A stretch of 61,649 nucleotides of DNA, filler included, from Choristocarpus tenellus KU-1152 (Eukaryota > Protista > Phaeophyceae): assembly GCA_964200185.2 (NCBI GenBank). It is 10 parts of 10 records of this genome, joined end to end, with 100 filler letters (N's around TTAATTAATTAA, not from the genome) between each part and the next. Parts side by side here need not be neighbours in the genome. Positions count along the whole stretch, not along the records: positions 50,753 to 54,832 come from CAXNAD020016322.1; positions 54,933 to 57,954 come from CAXNAD020022877.1; positions 58,055 to 61,649 come from CAXNAD020019054.1; 7 more parts are not named here. One strand, 5' to 3'. A program made the position numbers and the translations under genes. Below, piece by piece: positions 50,820 to 61,649 of this stretch. Every line of letters begins with the position of its first letter. Positions within the stretch are counted from its first letter, which is position 1. Below the pieces are notes generated by a model. It made no database searches, had not been told where the DNA came from, and saw nothing but the letters and a program-made list of their open reading frames with translations.

Positions 50820-51305
50820 TACCACTACTGACAGCTGGTGTGTGCACTAACCCAAATATAATAAATACAGGGTATTGAATGTAACAATGTTGGTGACACC
50901 ACCATTGACAGCTGGTGTATGCATGGTTGTAAAGGTAACAAATACAGGGCATTGAATTTGAAAATATTGTTATTACCACTGCTGACAGCTGGTGTGTACA
51001 CGGTTATAAAGGTAATAAATGGAGGGCATCGAATGTGAAAATGTTGGTGTTACCACCATTGACAGCTGGTGTGTACACGGTTGTAAAGGTAATAAATATA
51101 GGGCATCGAATTTGAAAATGTTGGTATTACCACCATTGACAGCCGGTGTGTACACGGTTGTACAGGTAATAAATACAGGGCATCGAATGTGAAAACGTTG
51201 TTGACACCACCATTGACAGCTGGTGTGTACACCATTGTAAAGGTAACAAATAGAGGGCATCGAATGTGAAAATGTTGGTATTACCACTGCTGACAGCTGC
51301 TTGGT
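50820..51305. repeat. 77-bp tandem repeat, ~6.3 copies
   Basis: accaccattgacagctggtgtgtacacggttgtaaaggtaataaat... recurs every 77 bp. Confidence 0.92.
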
Positions 51306-53029
51306 ACAAGCTCCGAATACAAATAAACACGTAAACATGTGTTGAGCCGTGTGGTTGTGTTCACTACCTAGAAAAACGCAATGAGGGGTAGATACGTTGG
51401 AAACTCTTCAACATTGCACACGTCGCCAATCTTGACCTAACGTGAGCATTTGCTCCCTGGATTTCAAAGCGCCATGGCATGGAGGCCTCTTAGTATACAC
51501 GAAATAAAAATTCGCCAGTGTCCACAGAGCCGTGGTCTATACTGCGGAATAGACAGACTGGCGTGCATAGGGTTTACGCCGATTTTGACGCGAAATTGCT
51601 TTCACTCGGTATTCTATCTGGAGCTTCCGACAAAATATTTACACAGGTGGCAACATAGCAGTGGTGCACGAAATTGGTATGTTCGTAGTCCTGAAGGCCT
51701 TCGTACATAACGCATTGAGGTCTCAATTGCTACCGCTTGCACTGTATTGAAATGCGAGGGAATGTAAAGAGGACCCTATCTCGTGTGAATCAATGTAGCG
51801 TGGTGAACAGCAATGCCATCTAGACCTAACCCGGATTTGGGCTAAACATTAAGAAAGCAATAACGAGATCATTCCTAATGGTAGGGGCATGTTCGTGCTT
51901 TGGCAAAAGCCGAATACAAGACATGTTGGAACTTAGTATCGAGAGGTATGCGTGCATAGGAATTGGCGGGATACGTTACACATCTTGAACGGCCGGTAGA
52001 CGAGGAAGGCTCGACCCCGGATGGGCGCGTTCGGTACGGCACAATATGCAATAAGGTTTGGGTTAGGGGCCATGACTAGAGGGTCATACAACCGCTTGGG
52101 TACACCATCATGCCAGCCACATGGTAATACATGCTACGTGAACGGAAGAATGCCGCAACATCCGCGAAAGGCGCTAAATCATGATGGTGTGTTTGCCATA
52201 TTGGTATTTCAGAAACGCTCCAGTGTAGGCTGCACGAAGGGTGAATGTTTCTTGTATGGGGACTCACCGTCTGGTTCCCTTTAGAGGCATGGCAGCGTTC
52301 GGTGGTTGGACTAAGCCTCTCAGTTGATCGCGGGATGTCTGCATCGGGTGGGCACGTTGGAAAATGGAACAGGAGAAACAAACAGAAGGAGAGAGAGAAA
52401 ATGTTTTGCGCATTGAGTCCGACCCAGAGAGGATGGCATGTCTCGGTCGGTTCACATCATCCTCGAGCCGTACGCACCTGATCACCTTGCCCGAAGAGAA
52501 AGTCTTGTCGTCTTTTTACCTTCCAACACGCCCGGTGTTTAGCGCTACGTACAGTGCACGGGGATAGCCACAGACGAGCCCGATTCTCATGGAACTAGAA
52601 CAAATTGAGACATAAATATATATATATATATATATATATGTAACTCCCCATCCGCTATTTCTTCATTAGTACGAGAGGGTCAAAACTTTGAGTTTGCTTC
52701 TTTTTTTTCATATATTTGCACTTTTGTTCAATTGTATTCAGTGCATAACAAAAACACTTTTGCCAAACCTCACTCTCTCGACAACAAACCAACGGGCCTG
52801 GACAATATAGAGGAATCGTTGTTGCAGTTCTTCGAGAGGACTACACCCATTGCACCGCAGATGTACAATGACGCCCGGTCAGTCACTAGGGGATCTGGCT
52901 AAAAACGGGAATGAACTCGTGGACTCCGGAAGGGTAGACCCCAGGACATCCCAAAGACAAGACCAGGCCTCCGTCGCAGCTAGACACACTCCTGTCCCTA
53001 CCTCTGATGCAACGTCTGGCAAACCAAGA

Positions 53030-54832
53030 ATTAACTTGGTCCGGAAAACTGCGTCGGGGGATGTGAATGAGCTGCACATGCGGTTAGGTGATGTTCATGA
53101 GCCAAATTATCTTAGAGGGTAGAGCCGCGTCCATTTGGGGGCCAAAATCCAATGTTGCGATTTTGATGTAATTTCGACTATCGTGTTTGTTAGCATGTGT
53201 CAATACCCTTATTCCGGACAAGTTTTCATAACATGTACAATTTACCTGCTCCTAAACATTTTTGAGTAGGAAAAATGTCCTAAAAGAACCTATGGGAAGC
53301 CAAGCCCCAAATGGACAAACAGGGCAAAACTCGTACCCTCTAAGATACTTTCACTCTCATCAGGGGTTGGACAGGAAAGACGCTTCAGCGCAGAATAATT
53401 TGTTAACTGGAACATGGGAGCCATCTTGTCGAGGTTGCCCACTCGGCAATGGTCATAGGCATCCAATTCCACAGGAGATGGAGAATCGTGCTTCGGTAAA
53501 GGGGGAAGATATTTGTGTGGACTCAACTGGAATGAACGCAAATTCAGAGGAGGAGGTTGTGATATCTGATGATCTCGCCCAGGAGGGGGCTAGAGGAGCC
53601 GTCGATTTAGCACAGAATGAGACCAGAGGTATCGACCTAACCCACGCTGGGGCTAGAGATGTCGATCTCACTCAAGAGGGGAGTGGAGGCGATGTCGATT
53701 GTGGAGGAATGATGTTTGATACTACTACATCAGTGGATACCGTAGCGAAGTCAACGCTTTCAACTGAGAGGGTTGAAGTTAAGGCCATTGTACCAGAGGG
53801 GATTGTTGGGGGGGAGGGACCTACCCCAAAGATGGTTCCGCCAGAGTTTGATCAAGGGGGGTCAACTAGTCCGAAAACAACGTCAATGGAGGATGTTGTA
53901 GCATTTGTTGAACTCGCCCAGGGTGGGACTGGAGCATTTGTCACTGCCCCATGGGGCTGAGTGGGGGTGGAATCTTGGAAGAGAAGCAAGACGACTTTGG
54001 GCTGAGCACTGAAGATTTGATACTGGAGGAAATTTCTATGGGATCGGAAAAAGAGGTTCCAGAGGAAAAGACTTCAAAAGGCGTGTCTTCGGAAAAAGTG
54101 GGTTTGAATTAGGAAAATGGACGTACTGATGGGATGCTGAACACTGGTACTGGTGGTATGGATCCACCTACGTCACGCAGGGGAGTGGTGGAAAGTTGTT
54201 ACTGCGACTAGCGGATTATAACCACGACCCCCCAGCTGAACCTGGTGAACCATTGGAACGGACGGCAGGTCTACTTGTGGGTGGGAAAGATAAACCCCTC
54301 CCACCAGAACCTAAGACCATGAGAGCAGCGACAGAGTGTGAGGAGTGGCCTTTGTGGAAAGCTGCTATTCATGAAGAAGTGGATGATCTGCTGGATAGCA
54401 GGGGAGTGTGGATTCAAGTACCTCGCTCCACTGATGGTCACAAGGCACTAGGGACAAAGATGGTTTTGACCGAGGCAGATGGATGGCAAAAGGGAAAGTG
54501 CAGAGGTCCAAGGCGGGACTAGGACAACTACAATTTTCTGCTGGTGGAAACTTTGCTAGAAATAGGCTTGGAACAATCTGAGGCAGATTCGTGTCTGTTC
54601 AGAATGATTGAGGAAGGTGGTATACTATGGGCTGCTATTATGACTAGACCTGATGTATCATTTGCAGTTAGAGAGTTGGCTTTGTGTGTGGAGAATCCAA
54701 GTTTGACTGATTGGTTGAATACTAGGAGAGTGATTGGGTACATATTGGGTACTAGAGAACATGGAATTACCTTTGGTGATTTTGGAATTTATGGTAATGG
54801 ACCAAGGGATCAGTTAATTGGTTATACTGATG
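53030..54832 (+). mobile_element. Internally deleted Ty1/Copia LTR-retrotransposon pol remnant
   Basis: Integrase HHCC-type region (LHMRLG.VH...CRGCPLG), RT start (EPKTMRAA...WKAAIHEEV...VWIQVP...ALGTKMV), and ADSCLF, TRPDVSFAV, LIGYTD. The integrase core and YVDD are missing; stops are present. Confidence 0.88.
53099..53356. mobile_element. MITE family B, complete, with TCAT 4-bp TSD, inserted in the Copia integrase zinc finger
   Basis: tcat|gagccaaattatcttagagggta...taccctctaagatactttcactc|tcat. Confidence 0.92.
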
Positions 54833-56759
54833 NNNNNNNNNNNNNNNNNNNNNNNNNNNNNNNNNNNNNNNNNNNNTTAATTAATTAANNNNNNNNNNNN
54901 NNNNNNNNNNNNNNNNNNNNNNNNNNNNNNNNGGGCATCGTATCTCCCAGGACCCTACTACTACTACTACTACTGGGCCCCTCTCATGACACGGCAGTTT
55001 AGAAAGGGGGTGAATGTTACTATTTGTACAAATAATATCGTAGGACAACAACAGAACCAAATCGCTGGGCGTGTATGTGACCAACCGCATCACTTTTCGT
55101 AATTTGTAGTAGTGCCAAAAATGTAAAATATTCATACATTATTTTTTTTCTCACACTAAAATTTTAACCAGCTTAGCCACCTGTAGGAGAGAGAGAGAGA
55201 GAGAGATTATATATATATATATATATATTATTCTTTTTCAGCTTCGAATCTCGGCGCAAGGCTTGTGTGCGAATCAAGATGAGGTAGGGACGGATCAGCG
55301 GTTGTCGCACAATTATCTTCTCTCAGCGTATAGGAGCAGGTTATACTTCCACAAACCAAGCGTGCGTACCTGGTAACGAACAAAGGTGTGTATCGACAGG
55401 TCGAGATTATATTTGAATATATTTGAATTGTACTCAGTACATGATTCGTGGTACAAGATTTCAGAATAGAAACGATTTGTGCGTGTTCGCCGCTCCTTAA
55501 ACTCCTTGTTATCACAAACAAAAATAATTTGCGCATCGAATTTTTTTTTGCTAACGGTTCGTGAGTGCACAACTGAATTTACATACATGATTTTGTCTGA
55601 CGCATGCAACGTCGCACACACATGTGCGTATCGATGCAGTGGGCACAAGAACTGAGCTATGTACAAAAATTGCCTGAGCAGTGTCATAAAATTTTTGAGT
55701 CATAAATACTTCAAAATTATTTTTGATATTTTTTAGGTAGGTGCGGCGGTATATTGGTCAAAAGAGGGTAAGAAAGGAAGTCTTTGCATACAGTAAAGTA
55801 AGGATGATTCCAAAGATGAAGTTGGCTTTGAAGATACATCTGGATGAACTGATAAGACCTGACGCTTGGAGATACTTAATCCAATACAGAAACTGAAACC
55901 AACGTCACAGATTGCCTTAAGAGGGCTAGGCGGGGGTGGGGTGCTTACTGCCTCAAGGTACAGACCGCAAAATGGTTACAAGGCTCCCCTTACTTGTGAG
56001 CGACTGGAGATTATCCCATCTGACGAGAGTTCTGTTCGCAGTTTCTCATTGCGGCGAACAATGCACTATTCCCCCGCAGCTTTGGCTACGACCAAAAAAA
56101 GGAAGGTGAGCGATCAAACGCTTTACAACCAGCGCGGTACCAACTTTTGAACACAGTCGTGAATTGGCATCCAGCAGGCTAAAGGCAAAGTTGTGCCGTA
56201 ATCTGAAGGCAATAGGACTACGACATTGTTCTCGATCATCCAGACTAGGCATTCAACATCTCCGTGCCTCAGGTCACCAACCACATCATGAAAAGCAGGC
56301 AACCATCCTGTAACCCCTTACAAATTCACAGCACGTAAAGACTTGTGCCCGAATCGCCTATCAAAATTAGCGACTGGGTAAATGTCCATCTGGTATGGGA
56401 AAGAGAAAATGGTAGTGAGGAAGAAGTGGAAATCAAGTCCACCATATCGACAAGAAACTACCTGTGCCATGGTACCCTCGGGAGACTGGCAGTGGCAGAA
56501 ATCAACTTAATTCGATAAATGAGAACACACATGCAATACATGAGAAAATACCTGTTCAACTAAGTGTGAGTCCTGCGGCGACTACGACCATTGGACAACA
56601 TGTAGTGTGAACGTGAGTTTGACATAAGCAGCCTTCGGAACAGTCCACAAGTCCCAGTTGACTATTCCATCAATCCCCACCGTTACGATTGGATATGTGG
56701 AGCAGCAAATCTCACGAAATTGATTAGCTCGTTATAAGAATTGGCCAGGTTCAGTGATA

Positions 56760-57105
56760 AGTAGGTACACCAAGGCAGCTCGGTCTGGTCCAATTGGGGA
56801 CTCGACACTTCTTTCCGTTTTCAGGTACAGGAGAGGTTTACCTGGTGCCACCTCTGTAGGATTGAGCTTGAAGAAGCCACCGCTCTCCACTTTGGACACT
56901 CCAGAATCGGCCTTTTCATCGACTAGAACGCCCCCACCAGACTTGGCATTGCGGTCATCACTTCCTGTACCTCCACTGCCCTCGTTACTTCCCTCAGAGG
57001 GAGAAGCACCGAACACGGACCGGAACATAATCTTTTCAGATTTTAGGACGGCCAACCAAGGACCTTGATCTAGTTGATAGTGTAGAAGTGTATAGGAGCA
57101 CCTCT
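56760..57105 (-). CDS. Candidate exon of an unknown protein
   Basis: Open coding-like frame (YTLLHYQLDQGPWLAVLKSEKIMFRSVFG...KPLLYLKTERSVESPIGPDRAAL). Neighbouring exons could not be resolved. Confidence 0.4.
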
Positions 57106-57369
57106 GTCTGCAATCCGAAAAACCCAAACTGAGAGATGTGAAGGTCACTCAAACATTTTATGTGGGATTATCTTCGTGTGACTTGTTGTACTTGAGGGAT
57201 TTTTCATAAATAAATTGCATGGTATTTTTTTTATTATGCCCTCTGACATTTTACAAACCTCTATCATCGAAAAAAAACAATGAATACTATTCACATGTCA
57301 GAAGAATTCCTAAAAAAGTAACAGTTGTCGTAAAATGTGAAAGACATGCTGAACCAGTGGCTTCCTGTC

Positions 57370-57687
57370 CCTCCAACCTAGCTTAGTCCTGTACCCCAGG
57401 GTGAGGAGCTAGGAAAGGATCCCAAGAATCTAACAAGCCCCTCCTTGCCCATCTCCTTGGTGTCTCAAGCTTAAAACGCATGACACGTCGAGATAGGGCT
57501 ACTTGGGTTGTGAAAGACTATCTGACGTAGACGGGATTTGACAGCCCCCTTCTTGCTATAACCTCCTGTCCCTCTCCCCCCTACCACATGCGTAGCCAAC
57601 TCATTCAGAAAACTTTCCACTTGCTTACCGAGCCGCCTAAAACTTTCCACCGCGAAGGTCTTAAGATTAAAACTACGAGGGTCAAAA
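57370..57687 (-). mobile_element. 3' remnant of a CRE-like non-LTR retrotransposon (second copy)
   Basis: FDPRSFNLKTFAVESFRRLGKQVESFLNELATHVVGGEG, homologous to 5395-5700. Confidence 0.75.
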
Positions 57688-57860
57688 GAGCCAAAGTAAT
57701 CTTAGAGGGTAGGGCCGCGTCCATTTGATAGTAAAAATCCAATGTTGCGATTTTGATGTAATTTTGGCTACGTGTTTGTTAGGAAGTATCAATATCCTTG
57801 TTCCAGATACACCTTTTCATAACACACACATTTTACCTACTCCAAAATAAATATTTTGGA
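57688..57860. mobile_element. MITE family B, truncated, abutting the CRE remnant
   Basis: gagccaaagtaatcttagagggtagggccgcgtccatttg...aatccaatgttgcgattttgatgtaattt matches 53099-53270. Confidence 0.8.
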
Positions 57861-58174
57861 GTAGGTATAATTGTGAGAGCCACATTCCACAGAAGGTATA
57901 CCCTGAAGGTTACCTATCTTGAATATCATGTAGAAGGTATACCCTGAAGGTGACNNNNNNNNNNNNNNNNNNNNNNNNNNNNNNNNNNNNNNNNNNNNTT
58001 AATTAATTAANNNNNNNNNNNNNNNNNNNNNNNNNNNNNNNNNNNNNNNNNNNNCAGTCCCAGTATGTCACAGCACCTCCACCATGTCTTCCTTCCACGC
58101 ACCACACCCCTTGACTCATCCTCACTACACACCCCATCACTTCACTCTGACCCCACTACATCCCCATTCCCCAG

Positions 58175-58660
58175 GTGCTGGACCTGATGCTGAAGCCATT
58201 GGAGCTCAAGTTGACAGTATTCTCCTGGCCTGTGTCCGACACTACCCCCCCCCCATTGACTGAGGGGAGATCCTGTGTGTATGTCCTCGGAATTGTCAAA
58301 GAACGAAGTCCCAACACTCCACCGTCATCACCCACAAAACACAGGAAAGGTTCGAAATCCACCGAGACAAATAAAGGTATTTGCCGTTTTTATGTGGGGG
58401 AGACAGATGCAATTGGACGTAGGTTGAAACAACACTGGGCTGCACTAACGGCGGTTCAGGAACCTCCAGGGAGACCGTCCCTGGTCAATGTTATGGCATG
58501 GGTCATGCCTGTAGATGATCGGAGTCAAGCACGCTTCTTGGAGTCGTTTACCATTTCTCATCTCAAAGGAAAGGGCTTCCCCCTTATCTCTGACAAGGAT
58601 GGTGGACGCTCAAACTTTTCTTGGGCTGGGAATGGTCGAGGAAGTGATGTGAAGGACTAA
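58175..58660 (+). CDS. MSH1: Terminal exon encoding the GIY-YIG endonuclease domain of plant-type MutS homolog 1
   Basis: CAG acceptor at 58174. PPPLTEGRSCVYVL, FYVGETDAIGRRLKQH and SQARFLESFTISHLKGKGFPLISDKDGGRSNF parallel the plant MSH1 C-terminus as recalled (PPPSTVGSSCVYV, YIGQTD, LETLLINQL, DGKHRNF). The MutS domains are outside this contig. Confidence 0.8.
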   Translation: MLDLMLKPLELKLTVFSWPVSDTTPPPLTEGRSCVYVLGIVKERSPNTPPSSPTKHRKGSKSTETNKGICRFYVGETDAIGRRLKQHWAALTAVQEPPGRPSLVNVMAWVMPVDDRSQARFLESFTISHLKGKGFPLISDKDGGRSNFSWAGNGRGSDVKD

Positions 58661-61649
58661 CCATGGGAATATTGTGACTGAATATCGCTCAGGTAACTAG
58701 ATAGGCACAGAGCATCCTGCATTGAATGGTATAATGTAAAGGGGTAAAAAGCACAACAGAGTGGGGCAAGGACAAATGTTTCTTATTTTTTACCCTGTTT
58801 ATTGCCTATATTGTTGTATGTCGATGGTATCATGTACCACATGTACTAGACTTTATGCTTCCCAGCATGCAATATTCTGTCCAAGTGTTTGGATCCTTCA
58901 TTTTCAAGAGTTCTTATTCGACAACGGGTGAACTTCAAAACGTTCGAACTCCTTGCTGCTGTCGGAAGAACCAGCCTAAAGTTTTGTAGAAAATAGAACA
59001 TGGGAGTATTATTATGTAAGGTGTTTTCTCTTTTTTGTAGATTAATGGAGTTTTTGTGTTTATTCCATGAAATGTCACTAATGAGATAGTATATTCCGGA
59101 TTGATCGATGATTTATTGGTATTGTAGTTAGAGTATACTCCATCCATAGTAATGATACGCTCTTTTGAGACCAGAACATGGCCGGGACATTTATTGTACC
59201 ACTGATAAATTGGTGCCAACACATTGTGTTGTGAGAGACTGAAATTCTTACTTCATAATTTGTATATATACATGGCAAGGAATTATTAGGTGGATAAGTA
59301 ATAGTGAAGGGCGCCTGAGCAAGGCTGCAGCATAGGCTACTCTTGTGTTTAACAATCCGACTTTCACATTTTACCAAGGGCGTCGTGTGAGGCTCTTACA
59401 TCTCGACTGCTATCCTGATCAAGTCTTCAATACTCGCACAAATTAATGTCATCTACCAAGTATATCTGCAAATAAATGAACCCCTGGGATACAGAGCACA
59501 TGATAATAAGAGGGTCTTGTTTTATTTTTCTGCGTGTCTGGTGGACTCCAATTCTTCATTTTTTCCCGATGATACCATAGTGCCGTGTTGAAGGAAGTTG
59601 AGTCCAAGTGGAGTCGGTACAATGACAAACATATTATTGACATCGTATTTTGTGGCAAGGTCATTCCAAGATTGTAATAAACATGTCACTATTGTATCAT
59701 GCACCTAAATCTGCATGTATGTGATCAATGGTTAATACCACACCTTTTTTGCAGTCCAGTCTAAACTTTCCAATGAACAGAGGTTGCAAAAATTGGCGAG
59801 ACGAAAAAAGGGAGAAACATATTACGTGCAACAATCAAGAAAAAGAGGATGAGAAAATAATAAGGCTTCAAGAATAAAAATAGCCCAATAAATCAAGTGA
59901 ACGAAACTCTGACTGGTCCCACACAACAAAGCCATCACAATACTAGTTGTAGGTCTACACTCCCCAAACACAGGGGAAACTGAGAGGGATACACCTAGAA
60001 AATACACCCCGTCACTCAATAGAACATCCCAAGGTAGAGTACAACAGAAAAAAATAAGAGAAAGACGAGAACCATCCCATCATAGATAGGGGGTAGAAAA
60101 ACCTCTCCAAAATGTGCCTCTGTTGGGACAATAATATCACTAGGACAAGAACAGTCATGGTTCACAAACATCAACGGAGGTAGATTGAGTCATTTAGTGC
60201 GTGAGTTGTGTTCGGTCAGATTCTCTACATTATCTAGCTGACTGGTTTTGTTTGCTGCAACTTCCATTTTGATGGGTTGTGACCTTGGCAATCTTGCAAT
60301 CTATAAACTTATCACATATAATTTAAGATGGCGAAATTCGATCACCATCCAACTCATTGAGATCTCGTCGGCTCCTAGGAAAGACTGATATTTTGAGGGG
60401 ACAAAATTAATTTCTTATCACCGCAATGATATATAGGTAAGACTATTATTAAAGACCTCATATAAGCTTACTATTCTAGTTGATTAATTAATTGAACAAG
60501 ACGAGGTGTTTGGGAGTGATGAGGTGATAATTTGTTCTTTCTTATCAAAGGTTTCCGTATCCAATATATGCCTCTATCGTTCCTGTATTGAAACCAACTA
60601 CTTGGGAGATAGGATTATCGAATTGCATAATCACATTAAACTCGTTACAGTTTAATCCCCCCTCAACCAGATCGTGAAAGCAAAACAATCTAAGGAAATA
60701 CTGTTAAGAATGAAAAAGAAAACAGAAAAACGAAACACACGATACTGGAACATACCAAGAAAGACAAGGAAAACGTTCGACCAGGAGGTGTTCCTATTGA
60801 TTTCAAATATACCACAAACACCAGCATCTTCGACAAGACCCAACTTGGACAAAAAAACAGATCTCCAAGGCCAAAAGGTCCTTCAGTTGCTCAAACTCAA
60901 GTCGGAAGCACCAGTCAAGGTCTGATACTGACACATAGGGTCCTTTTCCAAAAATACGAAAAAACAAACTGCTAAGAAAGAAAACAGTATGCTGTTCAGA
61001 AATTAGAACAACAAGGCACATGTGATTCAAAAGCAGGTACTCAGAGTATCAAGAAAATCTCTATCCGAGAAATATCCAGAAGGATGAACGCGTACTACTC
61101 ACTGCAATTACAAAAATGTTATTTGAACTCATCATCACTATCATCAGCAGGTAACTTGAGGGAAGATTTGCTTACACTAGAACTATTTACCTTACGTTGA
61201 ACCACGTTTTTCCTTGAATGACCAAGCAAGGTCGTACATAGTACGTTTGTCTACCAGCATGTACCACAGTAGGTTATGCAGAATGAGATGTAAAGGACAT
61301 GGATATTTCTATACAGTAGGACGATTGAATCGTATCAATTCCTTGGCAGTCCCCCCACTGCAGTGCAACAGGTCAGTGTGTAGCACTAGAACTCATTTCT
61401 CATTTTTTATACATATATTCCTCGTTCCTACCTACCTTCGATTGCACTGTGTCCCGTCACACCACATCCAGTTGCATTGCCTGAAGTCTACTTGTTACTT
61501 GGCTTGCGCCCAGTCTGTCCTCTGGTTTACTAGCCCAGCAAGTCTCAATTATATTTCGCAGCAATGTTGGTGTATCATGTGGTATTATTGGTCGCTTCCC
61601 CTTGAGTACCCTTGACAATACATGGGACTTGCGCTTGATATTCTCCCAG

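Noticed and set aside
50820-51305. CRISPR-like array
   Set aside because: The whole 77-bp unit repeats with no unique spacers, there are no cas genes, and the context is eukaryotic.
51750-52560. Possible second Copia integrase C-terminal remnant
   Set aside because: Only weak resemblance (TCYVNGRMP, CFLYGDSP), with heavily disrupted frames.
21401-58660. Functional clustering of the LRR array with MSH1, 53BP1-like or transposase genes as a recombination system
   Set aside because: They lie on different contigs joined by artificial spacers, so linkage is not shown.
58900-61649. Short ORFs downstream of MSH1
   Set aside because: No recognisable motifs or consistent exon structure.

Overview
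This is eukaryotic, intron-rich DNA, not prokaryotic. It consists of 10 contigs joined by artificial 100-bp spacers (44 N + TTAATTAATTAA + 44 N), so adjacency across spacers is not evidence of linkage. The organism is most likely a photosynthetic stramenopile of the brown-alga/PX lineage. That is an inference from a signal-peptide + AFA^FVP plastid presequence, TTAGGG motifs, an IFT-A gene, and a brown-algal-style LRR N-cap and CRE-like LINE ends. Supported genes, with exons read by hand: 3' exon of a 53BP1/Rad9-type BRCT protein; a plastid-targeted probable PPR protein; a complete ZNF706/At2g23090-like zinc finger; WDR35/IFT121 head-to-head with GRASP55/65; the GIY-YIG terminal exon of plant-type MSH1; and a minus-strand LRR gene. 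The LRR gene is the highlight. Each 24-aa LRR is its own 72-nt phase 1-1 exon, spaced 1.15-1.85 kb apart in tandem units. The introns are about 96% identical in the one block compared, while the codons for the solvent-exposed beta-strand residues are hypervariable. The intron variants form a patchwork, and one divergent LRR exon sits in a foreign 950-bp cassette bounded by a 7-bp direct repeat. This looks like an exon-shuffling, diversity-generating candidate immune receptor. The rest of the window is MITEs with 4-bp TSDs, Copia/CRE/mariner remnants and simple repeats.
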